A stretch of DNA of 36,621 nucleotides from positions 1 to 36,621 of IMG/VR virus record IMGVR_UViG_3300020042_001310; one strand, given 5' to 3'. Origin of the DNA: a virus (lineage: Duplodnaviria; Caudoviricetes). Position numbers and translations under genes: made by a program. A model generated the notes under the pieces. The model saw nothing but the letters and a program-made list of their open reading frames with translations, ran no database searches and had not been told where the DNA came from. Shown in pieces: positions 1 to 7,416 of the stretch (position 1 is the first letter of the stretch; every line of letters starts with the position of its first letter).

Positions 1-492
1 GTAAACGATTTTACAGAAAAGAAAGGCCAGCTCACATACCTATCATGGACTTGGGCTGTAGACCAGTTGCTTATGCAAGACCCACAAGCTGTATGGGAGT
101 TTCCAGAGCCAAAGGTATACAACGACACCATGATGGTATTTTGTAACGTTACAGCGCTTGGCAAGACCATGCGTATGCAGTTGCCAGTGATGGATAACCG
201 TAACAATGCCATTACAAATCCTGATGCACGTAAGATTAGTGATGCGACAATGCGATGCCTGGCTAAATGTATTGCTTGCTTTGGTATTGGCCTATACATC
301 TTTGCTGGCGATGACTTGCCACAGATTGACTTAGATGTTGAGGCAATCCTAGCAGACCTTGGTAAAGCAAAAGACAAGGCAGCATTAACGGTTGCATACA
401 AGAAAGCAATGAATGACTGCAAAGGCACTAAGTCAGCAGAGGAATTAGTCATTGCCCGTGCAAAAGAAATTGCTTCACTTTTTGAGGTATAA
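1..492 (+). CDS. Sak3/DUF1071-like ssDNA-annealing recombinase (5'-truncated)
   Basis: Frame is open from base 1 (VNDFTEKKGQLTYLSWTWAVDQLL...), so the start lies outside the window. Motifs TYLSW, LPVMDNRNNAI and MRCLAKCIACFGIGLYIFAGDDLP are typical of DUF1071/Sak3. Confidence 0.8.
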   Translation, partial: VNDFTEKKGQLTYLSWTWAVDQLLMQDPQAVWEFPEPKVYNDTMMVFCNVTALGKTMRMQLPVMDNRNNAITNPDARKISDATMRCLAKCIACFGIGLYIFAGDDLPQIDLDVEAILADLGKAKDKAALTVAYKKAMNDCKGTKSAEELVIARAKEIASLFEV

Positions 493-495
493 GCC

Positions 496-675
496 ATGAA
501 CCAAGAAGAAGAATCAATAGTAGACTTGTGCGATAAGATACTTGGCTCTGAGATTGATGAGATTGCAGTAGACTCTGACAATGAAGTTGTCTATATCTAT
601 ACTAGCAATGGCATGATTCAGATTAGTGGCGATGACTTACGGATGTATGTTTCATGTGATAAGTTTGACGATTAA
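496..675 (+). CDS. Small acidic hypothetical protein (59 aa), paralog of 25438..25611
   Basis: ATG 496 to TAA 675, preceded by GAGG. MNQEEESIVDLCDKILGSEIDEIAVDSDNEVVYIYTSNGMIQISGDDLRMYVSCDKFDD. 25/50 ungapped identities to the 25438 ORF. Confidence 0.8.
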   Translation: MNQEEESIVDLCDKILGSEIDEIAVDSDNEVVYIYTSNGMIQISGDDLRMYVSCDKFDD

Positions 676-710
676 TTAATGATTATCTCTATTGTTTGTG
701 TCTAATATAT

Positions 711-746
711 TTGACATTATTACATACAAGCAATTTTGCTTATCAT
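711..746 (+). promoter_or_regulatory. Possible pqqA promoter/operator region
   Basis: TTGACA at 711-716 and TATCAT at 741-746, but 24 bp apart (non-canonical). Inverted repeat AAGCAA-TT-TTGCTT at 728-741. Confidence 0.3.
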
Positions 747-763
747 AGATTAAGGACTACATC

Positions 764-835
764 ATGTGGACAAAACCAGCAGCTACTGAAATGCGTTTCG
801 GCTTTGAAGTGACTATGTACGTAATGAATAAGTAA
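764..835 (+). CDS. pqqA: Pyrroloquinoline quinone precursor peptide PqqA
   Basis: MWTKPAATEMRFGFEVTMYVMNK (23 aa): MWxKP start and the conserved E-x-x-x-Y (EVTMY) core. RBS TAAGGA at 751-756. Own terminator downstream. Confidence 0.96.
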   Translation: MWTKPAATEMRFGFEVTMYVMNK

Positions 836-858
836 ATGAATAGGTAAGTGAATAGGTA
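823..858 (+). repeat. Three tandem imperfect 12-bp repeats
   Basis: AATGAATAAGTA / AATGAATAGGTA / AGTGAATAGGTA, spanning the pqqA stop codon. Confidence 0.75.
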
Positions 859-861
859 AAG

Positions 862-890
862 AAGCCCCACCTTATACGTGGGGTTTTTTT
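862..890 (+). terminator. Rho-independent terminator after pqqA
   Basis: AAGCCCCAC-cttatac-GTGGGGTTT stem running into a T tract. Confidence 0.9.
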
Positions 891-897
891 ATCCCTC

Positions 898-926
898 TTG
901 ACAATCCGCAAAATTCAAACTACCAT
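898..926 (+). promoter_or_regulatory. Sigma70-type promoter for the terminase operon
   Basis: TTGACA (898-903), 17 bp, TACCAT (921-926). Predicted +1 near 933, the A of the terS ATG. Confidence 0.75.
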
Positions 927-932
927 GCGAGC

Positions 933-1337
933 ATGACATTCCTCTCGATACCTTTTTCGCCACGCGAGTTGAAGGCAACTGAGTCTCGCTTACAGGCTAT
1001 TTACGATGCAGCAAAGCTTGGGTTGAAGAACGACTCTCTGGCGTTAGCTGCAGGGATGATGCCATCTGAATATCGGCAACTCTGCCAGGTCGACCCTGTT
1101 GCAGAGATGGCAGCACAAAAAGGTAAGGCTGATGGCGAAAAAGAGATGGCGCAACATCTAGTGGCGGCAGCCCGTGAAGGCGACGCTAAGTCAGCTCTCG
1201 CTGTGCTACAGCACGTACACGGCTGGACGGCCAAGACTGAGATCAGCGTGGATGTGTATCAGAAAATTAGTATTACTCAGGCTTTGCAAGAAGCTCAATC
1301 GCGTGTTATTGAAGGCACCGTCGTAGACAACGAATAA
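933..1337 (+). CDS. terS: Putative terminase small subunit
   Basis: 134-aa helical protein directly upstream of TerL and coupled to it (TAATG overlap). Assignment is mainly positional. Confidence 0.7.
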   Translation: MTFLSIPFSPRELKATESRLQAIYDAAKLGLKNDSLALAAGMMPSEYRQLCQVDPVAEMAAQKGKADGEKEMAQHLVAAAREGDAKSALAVLQHVHGWTAKTEISVDVYQKISITQALQEAQSRVIEGTVVDNE

Positions 1338-2863
1338 TGCAACTACCTATATATAGCTCGGATGAAGAACAGTTATTAATGTCACGGCTGTGGGACCCGC
1401 GTGTTGCGGACGACCCTGAAGCGTTCGTGTTATTTGCGTTCCCGTGGGGTCAAGCCAACACGCCGTTAGCAAAGTTCAGGGGGCCGAGACAATGGCAACG
1501 CGACGTGCTAAGAACAATCGCCAAGCACATCAAAGATAATCAAGGTCAAGTCGACATGTCAACGCTACGTGAGGCAGTCAGCTCAGGGCGGGGGATCGGT
1601 AAGTCGGCACTTGTGAGTTGGCTAATCTTGTGGATGTTAACGACACGCATTGGGTCTAGTGTAGTGGTGTCGGCTAACAGCGAGTCGCAGCTCAGGTCCG
1701 TCACCTGGGGCGAGCTGACTAAGTGGCAGGCCATGATCATCAACGCGCATTGGTGGGAGATCAGCGCAACTAAACTCGTGCCAGCTAAGTGGGTGTGTGA
1801 GCTAGTCGAGCGTGACTTGAAGAAGGGGACGCGGTACTGGGCGGCTGAGGGTAAGCTGTGGAGTGAAGAGAACCCAGACAGCTACGCGGGTGTGCATAAC
1901 CACGACGGCATGATGTTAATATTTGATGAAGCGAGTGGTATACCTGACGGCATCTGGTCCGTGGGAGCGGGCTTCTTCACGGAGAACATATTAGATCGGT
2001 ATTGGTTCGCGTTCAGCAACCCGCGCCGTAACCAAGGCTACTTCTTTGAGTGCTTCAACTCTAAGCGAGACTTTTGGCATGGGAGACAGATAGATGCTAG
2101 ACAGGTCGAAGATACAGATAAAGCGGTTTATGAACAGATTATTGCCGAGTATGGTGAGGACTCGTCACAGGCGCGGGTCGAGGTTTATGGTGAATTTCCT
2201 TCTGCGGGAGAAGATCAGTTTATCAGCCCGACACTCGTCGAGGACGCATTTAAACGTGAGAGATATAAGGATACGTCTGCGCCAATCGTTATCGGGGTTG
2301 ACCCTGCGCGGGGCGGGGCAGATAGCACAGTCATCTTAGTGCGTCAAGGCCGTGACATCATTGGCATCAAGCGCTACCAAGGCGAGGACACCATGACAAT
2401 CGTGGGGCGTGTCATTGAGGCGATAGAAGAGTATAAGCCTGTGATGACAGTCATCGACGAAGGCGGCCTAGGGTATGGCATATTGGATAGGCTAACCGAA
2501 CAACGCTACAAGGTCAGAGGTGTGAACTTTGGATCACGCGCTAAGAACAGCATCATGTGGGGCAACAAGCGAGCAGAGATGTGGGGCGCCATGCGCGACT
2601 GGCTCAAGACAGCAAGCATACCAGAGGATAGAAAACTAAAGTCAGACCTCACAGGTCCGATGAAGAAGCCAAACAGTAGTGGTACGATCTTCTTAGAAGG
2701 TAAGAAAGAGATGAAGGCAAGAGGCATGGCAAGTCCTGATGCAGCGGATGCGCTATGCGTAACGTTTGCATTTCCAGTAGCGCATCGAGAGTATGTTGAC
2801 AAAGGTAATAAAAAGTCGTATGCTAACGGTGGCGGTATATCTAACTCATGGATGGGAAGTTAA
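1337..2863 (+). CDS. terL: Terminase large subunit
   Basis: Q motif PRQWQ, Walker A SGRGIGKS, Walker B LIFDEA, SNP coupling motif, RNase H-like nuclease motifs GVDPARGGADST and SPDAADAL. Confidence 0.95.
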   Translation: MQLPIYSSDEEQLLMSRLWDPRVADDPEAFVLFAFPWGQANTPLAKFRGPRQWQRDVLRTIAKHIKDNQGQVDMSTLREAVSSGRGIGKSALVSWLILWMLTTRIGSSVVVSANSESQLRSVTWGELTKWQAMIINAHWWEISATKLVPAKWVCELVERDLKKGTRYWAAEGKLWSEENPDSYAGVHNHDGMMLIFDEASGIPDGIWSVGAGFFTENILDRYWFAFSNPRRNQGYFFECFNSKRDFWHGRQIDARQVEDTDKAVYEQIIAEYGEDSSQARVEVYGEFPSAGEDQFISPTLVEDAFKRERYKDTSAPIVIGVDPARGGADSTVILVRQGRDIIGIKRYQGEDTMTIVGRVIEAIEEYKPVMTVIDEGGLGYGILDRLTEQRYKVRGVNFGSRAKNSIMWGNKRAEMWGAMRDWLKTASIPEDRKLKSDLTGPMKKPNSSGTIFLEGKKEMKARGMASPDAADALCVTFAFPVAHREYVDKGNKKSYANGGGISNSWMGS

Positions 2864-2865
2864 TT

Positions 2866-3147
2866 ATGGCTACAAAAAAAGCACATGATAAACCTATTGC
2901 GCGTACTACTAAAGGTAAAGACGCAAACTACAAGCCTACAGAGAAAGGCGCTGGCATGACAGCTAAAGGCCGTGCAGAGTATAACGCTAAAAACAATAGT
3001 AATTTAAAAGCGCCAGCACCAAGCCCAAAGACAAAAGCAGACGAAGGCCGTAAAGCGTCGTTCTGTGCTAGAATGGGTGGCGTAGTAAAAAATGCTAAAG
3101 GTGAAGCACCTAGAGCAAAAGCAGCCCTTAAAAGTTGGAAATGTTAA
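2866..3147 (+). CDS. Small basic phage protein (RKASFCARM family)
   Basis: Likely start ATG 2866 after GGGAAG. Lys-rich. The RKxSFCARM...W.C motif is recurrent in aquatic phages near terminase/portal genes. Confidence 0.75.
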   Translation: MATKKAHDKPIARTTKGKDANYKPTEKGAGMTAKGRAEYNAKNNSNLKAPAPSPKTKADEGRKASFCARMGGVVKNAKGEAPRAKAALKSWKC

Positions 3148-3158
3148 AGGAAAATATT

Positions 3159-3311
3159 ATGGCTAAGACAGGTTTATACGCAAATATTCACGCTAAACAA
3201 GAACGCATTAAAGCAGGCTCAGGCGAAAAGATGAAAAAGCCTGGTGCTAAAGGCGCACCAACAGCGAAAGACTTTAAAGAGTCAGCTAAGACAGCTAAAA
3301 AAGGTAAATAA
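3159..3311 (+). CDS. Small basic phage protein (50 aa)
   Basis: Not in ORF track. RBS AAAGGA. MAKTGLYANIHAKQERIKAGSGEKMKKPGAKGAPTAKDFKESAKTAKKGK, a recurrent GLYANIHAK phage family. Confidence 0.8.
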   Translation: MAKTGLYANIHAKQERIKAGSGEKMKKPGAKGAPTAKDFKESAKTAKKGK

Positions 3312-3312
3312 A

Positions 3313-3453
3313 ATGCCATTAAAAAAATCACCAAGCAAAAGTGCGTTTCGTGAAAACGTTAAAGCAGAAATTAAAGCAGGCAAACCAATTAAACAAGCCG
3401 TAGCTATTGCGTACTCAGCAAAAAAAGAAGCTACTAAAAAAGGTAACAAATGA
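3313..3453 (+). CDS. Small basic phage protein (46 aa, KQAVAIA family)
   Basis: Likely start ATG 3313 after AAGGT rather than 3244. MPLKKSPSKSAFRENVKAEIKAGKPIKQAVAIAYSAKKEATKKGNK. Confidence 0.75.
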   Translation: MPLKKSPSKSAFRENVKAEIKAGKPIKQAVAIAYSAKKEATKKGNK

Positions 3454-3728
3454 GACTTAAACCATTAAGCGACTGCATCGTAGTTGAACAAGACGAAGAA
3501 GTAGTAAGTAGTATTATTTTTGTACCAGGTGCTAAGAAGTTGTTTAGCGGATATGTACGCGCAATTGGCCCAGGGAAGAAATTAGAAAATGGAAAACTAT
3601 CAAACATGGATGTTGAAGTTGGTGATCATGTTATGTTTGGCGAGTACACAGGTCAAACAACAACTATCGACGGTAAAGATTACCTAATGATGCGTAACAC
3701 GGAAGTGATTGGACTAATAAATGAGTGA
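3450..3728 (+). CDS. groES: Co-chaperonin GroES (Cpn10) homolog
   Basis: LKPLSDCIVV, G.V.AIGPGKKLENGK, VEVGDHVMFGEYTG and IDGKDYLMMR match the Cpn10 pattern. 92 aa. Confidence 0.92.
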   Translation: MRLKPLSDCIVVEQDEEVVSSIIFVPGAKKLFSGYVRAIGPGKKLENGKLSNMDVEVGDHVMFGEYTGQTTTIDGKDYLMMRNTEVIGLINE

Positions 3729-5928
3729 TGAAATGGTAACCGTCGGTGTTGTCGCTAATGGCGGCAACAAGAAAAGCGATCCTAGGGATATGTTGGCTAC
3801 AATGCGTAGCCGTTTTTCTATGGCGGTTTCTGCTTACTCAGAGTCAAGAGAAGATGAGCTTGACGACTTACGTTTTGAGGCGGGTTCGCCTGACAACCAA
3901 TGGCAATGGCCTGCGGATGTGTTGGCAACACGCGGTTCAGTACAAGGCCAAACGATTAATGCTAGACCTTGTTTAACAATCAACAAGTTACCGCAACACG
4001 TACACCAAGTTACTAATGAACAACGCCAAAACCGACCTTCGGTGAAGGTAATTCCTGTGGATGATAATGCTGACGTAGAGGTCGCAGAAATATTTGAGGG
4101 AGTTATTAGGCACATTGAATATATCTCAGATGCAGATGTCGCATACGACACCGCATGTGAGAATCAGGTCACCTATGGTGAAGGTTACATCCGTGTACTA
4201 ACTAAATATTGCGACGACAATACATTTGATCAAGACATCTACATTGGTCGCATCCGCAATTCCTTTAGTGTGTACATGGACCCTACAATCCAAGACCCAA
4301 CTGGCGCTGATGCTGAATGGTGTTTTATTACAGAGGATATGACAAAAGCTGAATACGAGCGTCAATTTCCTGATGCAGCGCCAATATCGTCAATTATGCA
4401 GCAAGGTGTAGGCGATTCTTCACTAAGCCAATGGCTAACAGAAGATACAGTCCGTATTGCAGAGTATTTTTACATAGATCATACACCTTCTAAGCTAAAT
4501 CTATACCGTGGCAACATCTCAGTAGTAGAAAATAGCCCCGAAGATAAGCAAATGAAAGAGATGGGCCAAAAACCTATCAAGTCACGTACTGCTGACGTTA
4601 AAAAAGTCAAGTGGTTAAAGACAAACGGCTTTGAAATTTTGCAAGAACAAGAGTGGGCAGGTTGTTATATCCCTGTCGTGCGTGTAGTAGGTAACGAGTA
4701 TGAAGTAGATGGACGATTGTACGTGTCTGGCCTTATACGTAATGCAAAAGATGCACAACGTATGTACAACTACTGGGTTTCACAAGAAGCTGAGATGTTG
4801 GCATTGGCGCCAAAAGCACCATTTATCGGTTACGGCGGTCAATTTGAAGGCTACGAGACTCAATGGAAAACTGCAAACACGACAAATTGGCCTTATTTAG
4901 AGGTTAACCCTGACGTAACAGATGGTGCAGGTAGTGTTTTACCTTTACCACAACGTGCGCAACCACCAATGGCTTCTAGCGGTCTGTTACAAGCAAAAGC
5001 AGGCGCTTCAGACGATATTAAATCATCTACAGGTCAATATGACTCTAGTTTAGGCGCAACGAGCAACGAACGCTCAGGAAAAGCGATTTTAGCGAGAGAA
5101 AAACAAGGCGATACGGGTACATACCACTATATTGACAATTTAGCACGTGCTATTCGCCATATTGGACGTCAATTAGTGGACTTAATCCCAAAAATCTACG
5201 ATACAGAACGTGTTGCACGTATTATTGGCATTGATGGCGAAGTAAAATCAGCGAAAATTAACCCTGAACAGCCTGAACCAATCAAGAAAATAGTAGACGA
5301 ATCAGGCATTGTAATTGAGAAAATCTACAATCCTAGCGTTGGTAAGTACGACATTGCGGTGTCTACTGGCCCAAGTTACATGACAAAACGTCAAGAATCA
5401 TTAGATGCAATGAGTCAACTATTGCAAGGCAACCCACAATTGTGGCAAGTGGCTGGCGATTTGTTTGTTAAGAACATGGATTGGCCTGGCGCACAAGAGA
5501 TGGCTAAACGTTTTGCTAAAACGATTGATCCTAAGCTATTAAATGATGCAGATGAGAATCCAGCATTGGCAGCCGCACAGCAACAGATGGAAGCAATGGG
5601 CCAAGAGCTAGATCAACTACATGGCATGCTACAAAACGTTAGCAAGTCAATGGAAGCACAAGATATGGCGATTAAAGAGCAAGAAGCTAACATTAAAGCC
5701 TACGATGCAGAGACTAAACGTATTAGTGCAGTCCAAGCGTCTATGTCAGCAGAACAAATACAAGACATTGTAATGGGTACCGTGAATGGCATGTTAGATA
5801 GCGGTGATTTAGTAGGCGAAATGTCAGGTAGAGAGATGCCAAACGAAATGGCAGAACAGCCACAAGGCGAGATGCCAATGGCACCGCAAGAACAACCAAT
5901 GATGCCACCTGAAGGGATGCAACAATGA
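3721..5928 (+). CDS. Portal protein (P22 gp1-like)
   Basis: 735 aa. Motifs RPCLTINKL, GLIRNAKDAQRMYNYW, SGKAILAR and GKYDIAVSTGPSYMTKRQE, plus a C-terminal coiled coil. Confidence 0.93.
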   Translation: MSDEMVTVGVVANGGNKKSDPRDMLATMRSRFSMAVSAYSESREDELDDLRFEAGSPDNQWQWPADVLATRGSVQGQTINARPCLTINKLPQHVHQVTNEQRQNRPSVKVIPVDDNADVEVAEIFEGVIRHIEYISDADVAYDTACENQVTYGEGYIRVLTKYCDDNTFDQDIYIGRIRNSFSVYMDPTIQDPTGADAEWCFITEDMTKAEYERQFPDAAPISSIMQQGVGDSSLSQWLTEDTVRIAEYFYIDHTPSKLNLYRGNISVVENSPEDKQMKEMGQKPIKSRTADVKKVKWLKTNGFEILQEQEWAGCYIPVVRVVGNEYEVDGRLYVSGLIRNAKDAQRMYNYWVSQEAEMLALAPKAPFIGYGGQFEGYETQWKTANTTNWPYLEVNPDVTDGAGSVLPLPQRAQPPMASSGLLQAKAGASDDIKSSTGQYDSSLGATSNERSGKAILAREKQGDTGTYHYIDNLARAIRHIGRQLVDLIPKIYDTERVARIIGIDGEVKSAKINPEQPEPIKKIVDESGIVIEKIYNPSVGKYDIAVSTGPSYMTKRQESLDAMSQLLQGNPQLWQVAGDLFVKNMDWPGAQEMAKRFAKTIDPKLLNDADENPALAAAQQQMEAMGQELDQLHGMLQNVSKSMEAQDMAIKEQEANIKAYDAETKRISAVQASMSAEQIQDIVMGTVNGMLDSGDLVGEMSGREMPNEMAEQPQGEMPMAPQEQPMMPPEGMQQ

Positions 5929-6287
5929 AAGCCTGTGATTTTGTAGGGATACTATTTTTAGCTCGTGATGTAACGCACTCAGTACATCTCAATACACGTA
6001 GCTATTCAAAGCATAAAGCGCTACAAAGGTTCTACGAGAACATTATTGAATTGGCAGATAACTTTGCTGAAGCCTATCAAGGCCGTCACGGTTTGATGGG
6101 ACCAATCTCTTTGCAGTCAGCTAAAAAGACTACTAACGTAATTGAATTTTTAGAAAATCAATTAGAAGAAATTGAAACAGACAGATATAAGATTTGTGAT
6201 AAAGACGAAACTGCGATACAGAATTTAATTGACGAAGTAGTAGCTCTTTATTTAGCAACACTATATAAATTACGCTTTTTAGCATAA
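5925..6287 (+). CDS. Ferritin/Dps-like four-helix protein (DUF5856-like)
   Basis: THSVHLNT..Y.KHKAL..FY.......D.FAE.YQG and a C-terminal LYKLRFL resemble Dps ferroxidase-site spacing. Confidence 0.65.
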   Translation: MKACDFVGILFLARDVTHSVHLNTRSYSKHKALQRFYENIIELADNFAEAYQGRHGLMGPISLQSAKKTTNVIEFLENQLEEIETDRYKICDKDETAIQNLIDEVVALYLATLYKLRFLA

Positions 6288-6296
6288 GGATTAATC

Positions 6297-6563
6297 ATGG
6301 CAAACTATAAATATTTAGAAGCATCAAATCAAGTTAAAGTTGGTGCAGGTAAACTATACGGTATTTCTGTATCTACAACATCAAGCGGTACGCTTACTAT
6401 ATACGATAGCGGTGCATCAAGCGCTAGTGATGGTAAGATTGCAAACACTATTACTTTAACCGCAGGAACTCAGTACCTTAGCTTTCCCGCCGGTTTGTGG
6501 TTTAATTATGGACTTTATATTGTGCTTGCAAACACCGCAACATTTACTGTAGCTTACGAATAA
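6297..6563 (+). CDS. Hypothetical beta-rich virion protein
   Basis: 88 aa with RBS TAAGGA. S/T/G-rich, located in the head module. Confidence 0.55.
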   Translation: MANYKYLEASNQVKVGAGKLYGISVSTTSSGTLTIYDSGASSASDGKIANTITLTAGTQYLSFPAGLWFNYGLYIVLANTATFTVAYE

Positions 6564-6571
6564 GATAAAAA

Positions 6572-6610
6572 AACTGTACTAGTGCAGTTCACTAGGGTTT
6601 CTAAGGAAAC
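6572..6610 (+). promoter_or_regulatory. Structured 5' leader of the scaffold gene (pseudoknot or alternative hairpins plus RBS-occluding stem)
   Basis: AACTGTA/TGCAGTT stem whose CTAG loop is complementary to CTAG 6592-6595. GTTTC/GAAAC stem covers the AAGGA SD. Confidence 0.45.
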
Positions 6611-6613
6611 AAA

Positions 6614-7396
6614 ATGAGTGAGAACCAAGAAGTAGAAGTAATAGCGGAAGTACCCGCGCCAGAGACAGAAGTTACGACAGCTTTTGAAACTGATGCACCA
6701 GCAGTAGAAGTGTCGGAAGAAAAGCCAGCAGAAGCCTCTAAAGTATTCTCACAAGAAGAACTAGATGCAGCCATTGGCAAACGTTTGGCAAGAGAACAGC
6801 GTAAATGGGAAAGAGATCGTGCTGCTCAGGCTTCAACACCTGTAGCACCTAGAGATGTTCCTGCGCCTGATCAGTTTGAATCAGTAGAAGCGTATGCCGA
6901 AGCATTGGCAGTACAAAGAGCTGAACAGATGATTGAGCAAAGAGAACAACAAAGGCAACAACACGAAATCTTAGAGTCCTATCACGACAAGGAAGAAGAT
7001 GCACGAGCAAAGTATGACGACTTCGAGCAAGTTGCATACAACCCTAGTGTACCTATTACTCAAGTGATGGCACAATCTATACAAGCTTCAGATGTAGGTC
7101 CTGACCTGGCTTATTACCTAGGGACTAACATTAAAGAAGCTGAACGTATTGCTCGTTTAGCGCCAATCTTACAAGCAAAAGAAATTGGCAGACTTGAAGC
7201 AAAAATTGCTAACGAGCCTGTTACTAAGAAAACAACAAGCGCACCTGCGCCAATATCGCCTGTGACGGCTAAAGGTAGTGGTTCACCAGCGTATGACACG
7301 ACTGATCCTAGATCAACAAAAACGATGTCTACATCTGATTGGATTGCTGCTGAAAGAGCTAGACAAGCAAAGGCATGGGAAGCTAAAAACCGCTAA
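6614..7396 (+). CDS. Capsid scaffolding protein
   Basis: Acidic N-terminus, FSQEELDAAIGKRLARE, GPDLAYYLG and a basic C-terminal coat-binding helix. Immediately precedes the coat gene. Confidence 0.82.
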   Translation: MSENQEVEVIAEVPAPETEVTTAFETDAPAVEVSEEKPAEASKVFSQEELDAAIGKRLAREQRKWERDRAAQASTPVAPRDVPAPDQFESVEAYAEALAVQRAEQMIEQREQQRQQHEILESYHDKEEDARAKYDDFEQVAYNPSVPITQVMAQSIQASDVGPDLAYYLGTNIKEAERIARLAPILQAKEIGRLEAKIANEPVTKKTTSAPAPISPVTAKGSGSPAYDTTDPRSTKTMSTSDWIAAERARQAKAWEAKNR

Positions 7397-7416
7397 CTTT
7401 TATATAAGGAAATATC

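Noticed and set aside
496-675. ORF next to pqqA as a PqqD/RRE chaperone
   Set aside because: Too short, with a helix-then-strands pattern rather than the three-strand/three-helix RRE order. Its paralog is unlinked to pqqA.
823-858. Repeats as a mini CRISPR array
   Set aside because: 12-bp units in direct tandem with no spacers.
3244-3312. Upstream start for the KQAVAIA protein
   Set aside because: Overlaps the 3159..3311 gene. ATG 3313 has an SD-like sequence and fits the packing.
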